From: Amoebophrya sp. A120
Taxonomy: Eukaryota > Protista > Dinoflagellata
Assembly: GCA_905178155.1 (NCBI GenBank)
Contig: CAJINV010000013.1
Location: 1,926,281 to 1,990,280 of the forward strand
Length of the DNA stretch: 64,000 nucleotides
Direction of reading: 5' to 3'
Shown: positions 36,295-49,500 of the stretch, piece after piece
Position numbering within the stretch: position 1 is the first letter of the stretch
Layout of the letters: each line of letters opens with the position of its first letter
Notes under the pieces: model-generated
Databases searched by the model: none
Seen by the model: only the letters and a program-made list of their open reading frames with translations
Told to the model about the DNA's origin: nothing
Position numbers and translations under genes: made by a program

Positions 36295-37459
36295 GAGGCT
36301 GTACGATTAATCGACCCCCTTTTCGATACCGAAAAGGGGGGTAGAAGCGGGAATCTGATCGAGCTTACCCCCCCACGCCCCCCTTTTCGAAATCCGGGGG
36401 CTGTTTATCGCGAAACCTATCGCGAATCTGAATCCGGGCGGCACGGCGCGCTTGACACCTTTCGCCGCTTTGCTTTTTCAAAAGCGCAGCCACATGCGGT
36501 GCCCAGCTACAGCTAGCTTCGCTGGATTGTGCGGCGCACTACGGTGCGCAAAGTACACAGCGCCGACGCTATGTAGCGAGTTCTTGTTTGTTCTTTTTCT
36601 TTCAAAAAAAAAAAAAAGCGCAAGAGAAGCAAAGCGTAAGCGACGCGCTTTCTGCTTCTCAAAATAAAGCCGGCCCCGTTTCTCCCAAGACAAAGGGGGC
36701 GGCTTTCTTTCGCAGAACCCAGCAGCAGCACAGCCACCCTGGAGTAAATCATCTCCAACTTGATAACAATCCCAGTTTGCAGCTGTAGACGTAGACCGTG
36801 GACCTACAGCGGAAAAAAAGAACTGCTTCGCAGTAACTTGGGCGCAGTTTGTAGAGGTAAACCCACTGTGGAGCAGCTCTACTACTCAAAAACGAAGGCG
36901 GTTCGCGATGCATCACGACGAAGCTTCTTCTCCTGCGAAGTAGCTCTATTGCACAAAAACAGCGCTGCGACGCAATAGACCACCAGGAGGCAGCTACTTA
37001 GAGCGCAGCATTGCACAACCACCCTCGGGCTGTTGAAGCGACCATCCCAGCACTTCCTGCATTTGGAAAAGCTGAGACGGCCACTTCGACCACTGGGGCG
37101 GCACGTTCTCCGCTGCATGTTCTCCGCTGCGCGCTATTGGCACCACCTCCAACAGCAAGAGCTACGCAGCTATTGCAATCACGAAATATTTATCAAGTGT
37201 AAAAATGTCTGGGTCTGCAAGATTGCAACTTGTCATGCTGTTTTTGGACTCTAAAAAATTCTGTATTGCATGACCAGCAAGAGGAGCGCCGATTGTGCTA
37301 CACGGACAGGGCATTTCTCATGCGGAAGGTGCATCAGGAAGACCTCTAAATATCAGCGATGCTAGGTCATGCATTACAGGCATCTTGGGTCATGAGAAAT
37401 ATGCATGACAAATCTTGCATTCTTCCAGACCCAGACATTTTTACATTTGATAATATTAG
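36240..37459 (+). repeat. 55-bp duplicated coding segment (36240-36294 and 37138-37459), second copy interrupted by an introner
   Basis: TGGCACCACCTCCAACAGCAAGA(A/G)CTACGCAGCTATTGCAATCACGAAATATTAG. Confidence 0.88.
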
Positions 37460-40400
37460 CACCACTCCTTACCACGACCGTTTTCTGCAAGACGATTGCT
37501 ACCTGGAGCGACTGTGCGATACCAACATCGAGTTGCCTGAAGAAGTGCGCGAATTTTGGGCCGCGGTCAGCAGCAAGACACGGGGCCGTGTGGCGCGGGA
37601 GAGAAAAGTGGAAGATATCGGCGCCGTAATTGCAGCAAACTACAGTGGAGGTGCTCCTGCTGGTGGTGCGCCCTCTAATGACTATGCCAGCACTTTCGAA
37701 GGTGATGATGATGATGATCAAGATGATCAAGATGGCCAGCAAATTACCTGTAGCACGCGAACCGACACGGGAAGTAGCTACGTGCAGGAGCAGGGAGATG
37801 GCTGCGGCGGCGCTAGCGCTACTGACGACGGTAGTTCTTTCATGCCGGATGACAACCCAGATTTTGCCTCGATTCTGGCGTACACGAGAGGAGCCTCCGC
37901 AGCTGGAGGAAAAAAGCGCAGCAACTACAGCATGAACGAAGGTGCAGCCTCCTCCTCCTCGACTGCCACTGCTGACCCGTCGCCAGCGCTGGGTTCATCT
38001 TGTGCTCCCAGTCCTCCATACACCGCGATCTCGTCCCCGGTGTTTAATCCCAGCGCTGACCCGCGGCTGGCGGCTTCCATGTTTGGCAGTGAGAAATCTC
38101 TCGGCGGCGCCACGGCCGTGTCAACTGACGGGCAGAGCGTCGGCACGTCGACGCGCGGGGGTGGAATGTTGACACCTGCTGAAGTTAATGCAGGCTTCCT
38201 TGGCCCCGGTTGCAACAGCTACTCGACCACCACTTGTGGAGAGTTGTGTTCCACCTACGGAGCGAGTGGGTCGGTTTGTGGTGACCAGATGAAGTCCTCG
38301 GGAACTGGCGCTGTGGGCGGCGATGATTTTGTCGCTGGCGCCGCTTCTGCCAGCGGCACAGCTCACGACCGTGGCATTCGCAAAACAAGTAGGCAGATGT
38401 CGGCTTCGTCCCCTGTCTTCGTCCCGTGTGGTATTCAGCACCCACCAACCGGACATGGTACAGCAAACCCTTCTAGAACAAGTGCTTCCACCACGACCAC
38501 TGCATCCGCTGGTGGAGGTGCAGCTGCCAGTTGCGACTACGGCTTCGCATTTACGCACTCCGCCTTGCAGATCGCCTTGATGGTACTGGTAAGTGGTGGG
38601 ATCCAGAGGACCTCTAGGATGGTGGAAGAACTAGCAGGAGTTGGAGTTGCACCATCTGCGATCAACATTCCGCAGCAGGTTCAACATCCGGAGTGCGTCG
38701 CGCAAGAACATCCATTTCGGAACGGAAATACTGATCGTGGGGCCTATCAAGAAGAACCTTACCACAGGGGGGGCTCTTGCAGTACCGACCCCAGGCCTAC
38801 ACAAGTACGAGATGCTGGTCAATACTTCCAGCCGATCCATTTCTACTCGCAATTCTATGGCGGGCCTGCTCCGTGGTCCGAAGCTGCTGCTCCTACGACC
38901 TCGCAGAAAAAACGTCCGAGTGCAGCGGCTGTCTCGCGGGACGAGAACGAAATACCGCAGCAGGGTGTTTTGATTCCTGCAAGAACCGAACGTGACAAAA
39001 AAGCGCCTATGACAGGAGCACAACATCAACACGTTGAGCACGACGAGCAACATAAAGACGAAAGAATTCCGCATGAGCAGGAGCTGGTGAAGGAACTTCT
39101 AGAGCGCTTGCTCCGATGCGTCCCCGACCCGAAAACTGCTGCCAATGTGTTGTTTGAGCATTTGTTGCGAGGAAAAGTGACCTACGATGAGCAACTTCAG
39201 GAGGAGACTCTCGCACGATTGGAGGAAAAATCCTCGAGAAGAAACGAAGCGGAAAGATCGGCGAGGCAACCACAGGACGAGCCGACAGGGAACAGACCGT
39301 TCTTGGCCTTTTCGCAACAGGAATTTCACGCTGAACATGAACCAGTGGCCAGTACGAGCTCCGCTACAACTGCAGAAGTCTCCGCAGGGCCGTCGTCAAC
39401 CTCAGCCCGACCAACAAAGCTGAATCCGAACGCGGCGGCATTCGTCCCCCCAACGGTGATTTCCCACCCCGACGGACCAGAATACAGTTTTAGTCCTGGC
39501 GGGAGCCGGATTACGAAGAGTCAAAAGGTCGAGTGCTACGACCCGGGGAAACGGATGGAGTCTGGGTCATCTCCATCGCAAATGAGCATTGAGGCGATTA
39601 CTTTCGGTCCGATTTCCCGCACTCGTGCGGCTGCCAGTACTAGCTCTAGGTCTAGCGGCGGCCATGTTACAGCTCTTGGAGGACCAATTTTTCAACAAAA
39701 AACTACTGCAGCAGAGTCGTTCACGGTGCCAACGACTGCGAAATCGGTGATCACTTCGTGGACCCCCTCGGAGGATTCGAAACAAGAAAAAAGAGAAGCA
39801 GGTGGTGACATCACCGTGGTACACTGCGCCACGGCGAAGGAGCTGGATCAAGCTGCGGCAGCTACTTTGAGACGGGAAGTCGTAAATGCTCAAACCAACC
39901 CCGAACAGCAGCCACAGCACCGGCCAGCATGTGGTGGCCGCTTTGGAAGTTGTCCTGCAGCGCCGGTCGTTCATGAGGAGTTCGGTGGACAAGGTGGATC
40001 ATTCGTCCCCTCGCCACCGCCTTGCGGCAAAAGCTACGGATCCCTCCTCTGCACCTCCGCTTCCCCATTCAGTCCTCCTTGTTCGCCGCCGCCAATGAGT
40101 CCAAATCTTGATTACGGCCGCTGTGGCAATGGCGCATTTGTACCTGCTGGAGGACCCGCAGCTCCTCGTGGAACTTCTTCTTGGAAAACTACCGCTACCG
40201 CCGTCTATGATTCTCCGCACACCGTCCCGGCCTCACCAGCGTCGCTTTCCAGCATGGCGCCCGGAATTATGGTGGACGTTGAAAATACCGCGAAAGGGTT
40301 CTTGGCCCCGGTTGTACCACCACCGATGCCGCCTCAAGAACCGCCACGAGGTGCTAGTTTATTTTCGACCCCATCGAGGACTCCCGCCGCGGCTTCTGAA

Positions 40401-43400
40401 ACTTCTGCCACAGGAGCAGGTGGACCATCTCCAGACGCGATGTTGCACCACCAGCAGCGGAGCAGTCTTCATAATCGTGATAGCATCCAGATGCAACACA
40501 CACAGCAGCAACAGCAGCAGCGGCAGTTTTTGCGGCAGCATCTTTCACGAACACAGGCTGTAGATGTAGTTGCAGCGCAAGGCGGTCCTTGCGATAAGCT
40601 TCGGACGAGCGCAGTCTCCTTGGCGTCCAATCCTCAGCCTCCCGGAACATGGCTAGCTCACGACAGCTCGATTGCCGCTGCCGTAGCGAGGCAGTTGAGG
40701 TTGAGTGTACAGCAATCCAAAGAACAGTTGTCCCAGCAAGTGCAAGAATCTTCTCCAAATGAAGACCATTACTATCCGCAAGAACGTTGTCGATCCCCGC
40801 AGCTGCTGCAGCCGCAGCAACCTGCTCAAACTCGCGTTTATGCGACGCAGACACGACTCGCAGGGACCACGACGGCAGCTGCTGAGGCTACTCGGTTTCC
40901 ACAAACAGGACATCATCATCAAAGTGTGCCATTATTTCACTCGTCCGCCATGACTGGTGGTGCATTATCTTCTCGGCGCTTTAGAAGTACAACTTGGGGG
41001 GAGGGGGACAAGGAACTCACACTGCTTCAAAACATCCGCATCGGCGTGCCCGGAACGCCGCAAAACCCTCCACCATCGCATTCGCCGGAGAGGACAGCGA
41101 GTTGTACACCCGTTGTAGGACTACACACCCCTGGTTTTTTATTTCCGCGTGACGGGTTCAGTGCTACACCGGCCACTGCAATCGTTGGGCAAGATGGCAA
41201 CACAACTACAGCCGCACCTGCTATGTCATCTGGTGCAGATGATCACATTGAAGGACCACGGGCAACCGCGCAGCGCCGCCTCCCGGATCGCGCCGTCGTC
41301 CACATCAGCAGCCATACGGAGCTGGATCCGCAGTTCCGCGTTCCAGTTTACCAGCTCGAAGTGATGAACGTCGAGCGGTTATTCTGAGTAAAAACATTCC
41401 CACCCCAGCAGAGTTGTCATGCAAATCTGCATGCTGAAAATGTTTCTCATGCGGAGCCCCATGAGAAGCATTTATTTTCCATTCGTGTTTTGGAATTTTC
41501 CATGCTCCAATCAGCATTATAGGCTAGATCTGTGGTGTTGCTGAGCTAGCTCGAACAGCACTACGCTACAAGTCCAAATTTGTCATGCAAAACAGCCAAA
41601 ACTTGTGGACTTGTCTAGCGGAGTCCGTAGCCATTTTGGCTCAAGGGAGTTTTCTTTTTTTTCCAGCAGAGGCTGGCTGTTGCCGGGGATTAGAAATGCA
41701 AATACGAAGGTAGTGCGATTCCATAACTCATCTCGTGACGTTTCCATTTTGACTCTCTTTGCCTTTTCTCACTCTTTGGATTGCTTTCGCGTCACTTCAT
41801 TTTACAAGTATATACAAAACATCATGGAAAACGGAACGCGGAGTCGGAAGGATTTGCATTGAAAACGACCCTGGGCTCGACGAAAGCGCATGAAGGGTGG
41901 CTGGGGATTGCAAGATTTGCGCGCGCCGCTGGAGCTACAGAATGAGGAAGACCAGGTCGTAGGGCATACGCACGCGGGGGAGGATGGAGAAAACGGGACC
42001 GAAACGAGAACAACGGGCGCAGTACGAAAGTGGATCGAGAACCAACATGCTGGAGCAGGGGACAAGGGCGGAAAAGTAAGAAATCGGGAAAAAAAAGCCG
42101 TATACCTGCGCAATTCCTTATATGTGAATGACATGGCGGGTGGGAGGGGTTCTTCACATTTTTGGTAACGCCCACCGCCCCGACTAGAATAATTGAATGA
42201 TGAAAAAATTGGGGGCCGGGCAAAAAAAAAGTCCCCATCTTGACTATGGGGTGGGGACGTTTTTACATAGGATAGCGGTACCTCTCCTGGGTCCGGAACG
42301 ACTGGCGGGCGGTGTTGCTTGGGGGAGTGGAATATGGATTGTAAAAATGTCTGGGTCTGGAAGGTTGGAACTTGTAATGCTAGCTTTCCATACCTAGAAA
42401 ATCTGTATTGCACAACCAACAAAAGTCGCAGCCTCTTTTGTCATGCAAAAACGCAGTCTCTCATGCGGATTGCCTACGAGAAAGCGTTTTGGGAAGTTGT
42501 CATGCCGGACTGCATTCGGTAGTGTTTTCATCATGCACGTTTTAGCATCACAAGTTTCCAGACCCAGACATTTTTGCATTTCATATGGAATTGATGGACT
42601 TCGTGCTGCTCTGGTTCGTGGGGGAGGAGGTCGAGATTCCGGATATGATCCCCCAGTACGAAAAAAAATACAGACGGAAAATGGTCAACTTGATCCGCGG
42701 CGTCGCTCCGGACCAGGTTGATCCTTACAACGCCTTAGCAGGAGCTGTTGGTGGTCGAGAGTGGATGCCGGCCCTGCCGCGTCGGTTTCAAGAGGAGAAT
42801 GCGGAGCTGTTAGCCAGGTTGTGGTCCCGGTTTGAACTCACTAAGGAGTACTACGACGCAAGGAATGGCACGGCGACGATGACGAGCAGCGCTAGTTGTA
42901 CAACTGCAACTGCTGGTGGAACCTCCCCTGCTGGTGAAAGTCGGTTTCTAGGCCGCGGGGCCTCTTCCTCTGGAATTGATTCATCCGGTGGTGTTCTTGC
43001 ATCCTCGACTTCTCCTGCCGCCTCCGCTTCTCGTCCAGCTCGCCGGACGAGCTGGTACGAAGATAGTTTCCAGGGGGGAGAGGACATCCAAGAGCATGAG
43101 GATCAACTCCAAGGCCCTTCTGCAGGGGGTGCGTCTTCCTTCCATTCGTGGAGCTTTAACCTGAAGACAACAACCGCAGGAGCGGCGTCAGCAGAGCAGA
43201 TAGACAGCACAAGACCGCGAACAGGCATCAAACCAGCCCCAGTAACGGCAGGTCCGGTGCTTGCTGCAAAGAGTTCAGCGAGTTCGTCTAGTTGTACAAC
43301 AACCACTGCAGCTGCGCCTGAGCGTTGTGTGCTGCGTTCTGAGAGAACAGAACCGGCAGAGCGCCGGCGACCTGCGCCGTCGCCGAGTATGAACAATTTG

Positions 43401-44036
43401 AGTGAAGAAGAAGAGGAAAACGAGAGGCAGCGCTGGCTACCGATTCTGGTGAAGCGGAAAATACACGAGGAGTTGACGAAAATTTACTTGCTGCATTTTC
43501 CCAACCAGAACGGTCGGGGCTACTTGACGAACAACCGCGGAAAGATGAATTTCGCGATGAAAGAACAGAAGAAGAAGCAGGAACGGCAACGCTCAGCACC
43601 TTCTTCGCAGCAAGGAGATCATTTTAATGACACAGCCCCTCACACCCCTGCCGATTACTTCCTGCCCGAAGACCAAAAGCTTCTCGCTTTGGCGGACCTG
43701 CTTGACACCATCAACTTCCAATACTACGAAGGGGAGCTGCTGATTCAGCTGCGGCAATTACGGTGGTTGTTACACGTGGTATTACAAGGGTTTGAGCACC
43801 GCCGGCTGAGAATGAGGGCGCAACCTTCTGTATCGGAGGATACGAGTTCTTCTTACCGTGGCCCAAATAAGCAACTTGCACGGCAACTGTGGGAGAAAAA
43901 ACAATGGGAGATCGACCAGCAGGAGGGCAGGCTATGGAAACGCTGGGAGTCGATCGACGGAAGGTTGAGAAAAATGGGTGGCCGTTACGAAGGAAAGGGG
44001 GGCGGGAAGGGAGGCTATTCTTGGCGGCCAGTGTGA
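37011..44036 (+). CDS. Very large hypothetical low-complexity protein interrupted by 3 introners
   Basis: ORF 37359-41387 joins ORF 42585-44036 through a 53-nt exon: NVER|YLSWVRNDWRAVLLGGVE|LMDFV; 5' end uncertain. Confidence 0.7.
37191..37452. mobile_element. TIR introner family A (AAAAATGTCTGGGTCTG), opposite orientation to 49851 and 62360
   Basis: 27-bp TIR with 1 mismatch; TSD ATATT; body is the reverse complement of the 49851 and 62360 bodies. Confidence 0.9.
41380..42274. mobile_element. TIR introner (family of 53582-53868) containing a nested 603-bp insert
   Basis: TSD GCGGT; 41380-41626 plus 42235-42274 are collinear with the 53582 copy. Confidence 0.88.
41624..42230 (+). pseudogene. 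Retrocopy of a trans-spliced RNA: dinoflagellate spliced leader to poly(A)
   Basis: TCCGTAGCCATTTTGGCTCAAG at 41624-41645, A9 tail at 42222-42230, AGTCC duplicated at 41622-41626 and 42230-42234. Confidence 0.8.
42333..42585. mobile_element. TIR introner family A-related
   Basis: TSD TGGAA; TIR core AAAAATGTCTGGGTCTGGAA; removal restores frame. Confidence 0.9.
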
Positions 44037-46577
44037 CCCGATTCAAAGGATGAACCCAGGATTGTTACATACTCTTTATGAATAATACCTACGGCTAGTA
44101 TTCTCTGACACAATGAACGAAACTGCAACTAACCACGAGGCGTGCAACTACAAGAATTACTTATCGAATCACGATGTACCTTTCTTTCTACCTCAAACTT
44201 GAAACAAATTGTGCCTTGCATGAAACGAACCGAAGATTTGGATTTGCACGGAAAAAATGAAAAAGGGATAGCTCTTTGATATTTTGAGAACAACCTCTGC
44301 CACCTCTCCTATTGTGCAAAATAAGATAGCACACTCAACCTTAAGTACGACCAGAGTGCTTCTTCATTCACTTTCGTTTTGTTTTGGAAAATACGCTCGT
44401 ATTAAGTATCGTATTTTTTCTGAAACTATTTCAATATCAAAAAAATCTACTTACATTGAAAACGCGATCGTAAGTATCGCGTTTCATCGCTCTAGAAAAA
44501 GGTTGTCTAGGTACTATTCTGGCGTACCGCTTTAGATTTTACTCCGCAGGGCCTACTACTGGCCCTCCTGCTGTAAAACTTTTGACTCAAGAAGACAATT
44601 GTCTTCGCTTGTACAAACAACCTGCGCGCGCACCGTGCAGCCTTATTCGGTAGCACAACAGCGGCTCAAAGCGCTCGACAGATGAAGAATGCAACTTTTA
44701 ATTTTTTTCTTTTTGAAATCGAAATCTTAATCGTGTGAGAGTGACTAGTATCGTGAATATATTCATCTTTTGATTTTTCTCAATTTTCTATATTCTGAAT
44801 GAAGTTTTCTGTATGGGTTCGTTTTTCTTGACTAAAAAGCACGTAAAACAAATCGCTCCGACTGACGTGCTTTGTTGACTTTGACAAATTTGCACCAGTC
44901 GAACAACGAGTGATGCAAAATCAAAATAATCAGACTAGTGATTTATCATATGCGACTGAGATTCAAAGCACTAGCATTTATCTTGTCCTTGTCGAAAAAA
45001 TAGAAAAGCGGCGAACATAGAAAATCCACCCTGACTTCTTCATAGCAGCTGCGAGGTACTACAGCTAGCTCACACTCTTGATAGACATAACGCAAAAATA
45101 TCGTACAAAAATATCATAGTCATTTCGTTCCGCGGAAGACGAATTGTGAAAATATGGGTTGTCGTCTTCACCTGCTATAATTGTTAGAAAGAGGTATTTT
45201 CATCCTATGTAGTGAGGTCTATGCCAATAAACGCAGACTCTAATCCTGTGATTCTGTACCAAAACAACTTAGAGGCAATCTCTTTCTTTGTGCAGCACTT
45301 ATGATTGTCAACCAGAGATCTCATCATGTTGAAGTTGGTGCGACGAAATGGGAACGACGAAGCTTTGCGGTACCAGAACCAGACCACTACCACTTCATCA
45401 AGAACGCAGAAGCAAAATAAAAATGAACTTTTTTGTGTAACTCTAACTACGAAAATGAAAAAAATCAATCAGGAGTGCGCATACATTTTTTTTGTCTGCG
45501 GAAGCTGAACTCGCATATGAACAATTTCGAGTGGTACATGAAGAAATAGAAAACAATATTATATTCCACAGTGGTAAGAGGACGTAGCGGTACGTGAGGA
45601 CGAGGAGATTTGGAATTTCTTGCAATCGTGATCAGGACTTTTTCTGTACCAAAGGGTTACCTGATAAAATAACAGAATACAGCTAGCTCTACCCCTATGC
45701 ATGTTGGATGAGGCGGGAACTGCGTGAGACTTTGATCGTAATTTCTATATTCTTTCTGGGTATAACAAACGAGACGATCAGCGATCGGAGCCTGGTCTTT
45801 ACAGCACTGCTATAGACGAAGATGGTACATAGCGAACAAACAAGTTTTTGAAGTAAATTTTGCATGGAAAGATCGCACTAGAGGTGCTGCTCCTACACTT
45901 TGGCCTTCCTTGACAATATCAAAAACCTACTGCAAAATATAGCTAAAGACCTCGAAGAATAAAGAAAACTAGTTCTGAAACGGCTTTGGAAGAACAACAA
46001 ATGCATGACGGGTGTCTTGTCTTCAAGCACAAAACGTGAACGCGTGCAAAGCAACTACGTACATGCTCCTGCTTGTTCTACAAGCAGCTTCTTGTCTTTT
46101 ATCTGCGTCGCTGTCATCCTACTAGCATGTTGAGGATACATGAGCGAGATGAAGTAAGTAGCCGTGTGGGGAGGTGGTATTATAGACGCTGGTGGGGGAT
46201 GAACAACCAAATTGAGAGCTGCGCGGAGTGTTTCTTCTGGAGCGTAGCAAAGCGTAACGCTGAGGGAGGACGAAAGATCTACTAGAAATACTAAATAGAA
46301 TGAGGATGTATTGGAGAGCAACTACCTGCGTGTACTCTTGCGTCGGGGACAGCACAGAAATTTGCACCGGGTGTAGTAGACAAAAAGTACCTCTACAGAA
46401 AAATAATGTGGACACAAGACCAAAGCCAAACCACGAACACGATGCCCAACCGTCGTACGGAGCAGCAACGGTCCGTCCCTTTGCTCCAAGTCCAACGCTG
46501 CGAAGACGGTGATAAGCCGTGAAGAGCGGTAGAAGAAGGTGTAGGTAGTTTGATAGCAGTTGATCTCTGGGTCACCC

Positions 46578-49500
46578 ATGTTGAGATCTTCACAATCACA
46601 TCGTCCACAGAGCGGGCGCTGCTCCCTGGTCCCAGTGCAGTATCAGGAGCGGCCAGGAGAACCGGAAGCTGAGGGCGGCGCAGCTGCAGGAGGAGCTGTA
46701 ACTACATCTACAACCTCATTGACAACTACTTCGAGTAATAAAACGATGTGGTGGAGATCGGGATCCTGCTCAGGACCATACCGCAACTGGTTCTTGCCCC
46801 CCCAAAGAACTACCCCGGCCAAATTCGATGAACCTTCGTCGCCTTCGCGAAAAGGTAGGGCATCAGGCTGTTCTGGAGTAGGAGCCATGTCTCCACCTAC
46901 GAGTGAAGAAGAAGTAGATGAGGAAGTGATTCTTTTCGGAGGAAGCCGAATTATAAACGTAGAAGAAGCTGCGACTGCAGAGGCCGCAGATTCATCTTCC
47001 AGCAGCAGGTTGTCCGAAACATCTAGAGTCAGGATACGACGCCCCGGCCTGATTGGGGCGTTGGGAGCAAAGCTAGCCATCCCAGCTGCTCTTTTTTTCG
47101 ACAATGCCGCTTTTCTCCAAGCCAAGACGCAGTCCCGAATAACTATGGAATTTGCGGGCGGGAGAAGTAGTGCGCAACAGAGAAATAAAGCGAAAAAGTA
47201 TTTTCGCTGGAAGACGGCGGGCAGTTCCAGAAGAGCAAGAGCAACGTCATCGTCGCGCAAAAATAGAATGATGCAGCCTTTCTCAACATCTTCCTCGTCC
47301 GAGAGTGCGTTAGCAGCAAGGAAACGAAAGAGCAAAAGCCTGGCGGCGATTGCGAGAAGGGACGAAGAAAACCAAAGTCTTCGATCTGCCAGGAGCGATG
47401 TTCCGTCCAGTATGGTTGGCGCAAGCGAGCGGAAACGAAGCAGTGCGAACACCGAAATGGACGACGACTACAAGTTCAAAATGAACATCCAGACAGAAGG
47501 CGCTGCCGGGGCTGTGGTAACCGGGAAGGAAGAAGCACTGGCCAAGGCCACGGGGAAAGAAGAAGCACAAGCAAGCGGTAAAGAAGGCGCCATTACCAGT
47601 GGAAAAACCGAGGGAAAAGCCGCAGCCGGAGACGGCACTTTTGTGAAGAAGGTGGAGCACAGGCAGTGGCAGCCGCACTACACAACGGTGTACCACGCGA
47701 AGCTACCCGGGGGAAGTTACACGGAGCATTCGCCGTTGAGTTACTTGGACGATAACAGTCTCACCACCGGGACGAGATGCATTCTGCACATGCTGTTACT
47801 CTACTGCATCGTGCTCACGACCACTTCCGCATTGCAGTGGTGGCTGGTAACGATGGGAGGAACGCCGAAGATCGAGGGGCTGTTGGCGATTCTCCAGTCC
47901 TGCAAGCACGTCATTTTCGTCATGCCCATGCTGGCGATCCTGTTTCTAGCGACCCGGATTCGGTGCCAGCAGCTGGGGAAGGGATTGCCGACCAAATACG
48001 ACCTGCCATTACCGTATGAATAAAAAGTTTTTTGTGTTCTTTGTTAGTCTTAAGTAGTTTGTTTTGCATTTTCAGACTCATAGCAACGATGTCGTGCCGC
48101 CTGGTGGAGCATATAAGATAAAAGTACCGCCTGGGCACAGGAATCATCAAGTCGAACTTGAAACGCCACCACAGGTGGATGAAGGACTTTATGGCGTTTT
48201 CTGCCTACGGAAGAGAAAGGACCTCTTGAAATTTCGGCTTGTGATCATGCGGCTCTTGGTCTTGCGAGTTCAAGATGGCTCTGTAGCTGTCACGACATCA
48301 TGATCATGCATAAAAAGCTGTGCTGCTTTACTTACTTTCACCTAGCACAACGCGACCAGAAGCGGGACCATTAGATTCATCGAAATTTCTTTCCCTCTTC
48401 CATACCTGCATCGCCATTACGATCCAGCTTGCGTTGATGTTTGTGACCCCGATCTTGTCCGGCAAACTTCCGGAGGTGGATCACGAGGGCAATCTGATTC
48501 TGGACCCGAGGAAGGACCCGGCGCGCAGCCGCAACACGGCGATGAAAATCATGTTGATCCTCCGCCTTGTCTGCGTCCTCATCATTTTTCTCTGCGCGCT
48601 CGCGGTTGCGAAGGGTAACGACGACATGGCGGACATCCCGGCCGTCATTAACCTCTGGCGCCCCATGGCGCCACCGGCAGTGTCGCCGGCGGTGGGGGTG
48701 GTGTTTTACTTCTCCTACTTCTTCTTCAGCGTGTATTTCCTGCAGGGAATAGTGCGCTTGCTGAACTGGAAATCCTTCGACGCCGTGCTGCAAGTAGCAA
48801 CAACGTCCATGCAGATTGTGCCGGTGTTGTGTGCACTTATTCTGGCCTCCCGGATGCGCGCACTGCAGATCGACCCGGTCTCGGGGGCGCCGCAGGTAAA
48901 CACGTTGCGTTTTCATGTGATAGTACTATCATGCACTGCGAGGTGCATGATGGATGCTTGCATCTTCCCTGTCTTGCTGACATAGCAAATGAAGCATGAT
49001 AGACAAGTAGGAAAGAAAGACCTTTTCAACCTTAATATGCCAAGCCGCAAAAATGAAAACAACAACCCAGCATTGGTGCCAGAAGCTTTTCTACGTGACC
49101 TTTGTCGCGGTGATTATCCAAATTGTCGCAATCCTTGCCACCGCTCTGTTCATCGGCGGGCAGCACAGCGAAGAAAAGCAAGACCCGAACGCAAGCACCG
49201 CTGCGGTGCAGAACAAGTTTCACGTCCGCTTCCCTGGCATGTTCGCCTTTCTGAACGCGATCCGGTTTTTCGCTCTCAGCGCGGTCTTATCCTGTGTAAA
49301 AGTATCGTTCTCGTGCTAATTGCGAATATGCATGACAAATGTTTTGCCTGAGGCAAAACAGCACTACAAATTCCACTTCCCTTCTTGCCAAAATTATTTC
49401 TAATGCAATTTATACTAGAACTAGTGTGATACTTTTGCAAAGCATAAGTCTACGCGTCTATTTTAGGGATAACGTTTGCCATCTCGCAGATGAAAAACGA

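Noticed and set aside
37359-37452. ORF-track start of the 1342-aa protein (also starts at 42585, 50116, 62501)
   Set aside because: These starts lie inside introners and are read-through artefacts of unspliced DNA
41890-42168. GGWGLQDL as a LINE ORF2 motif in the SL retrocopy
   Set aside because: Single short motif without supporting RT sequence
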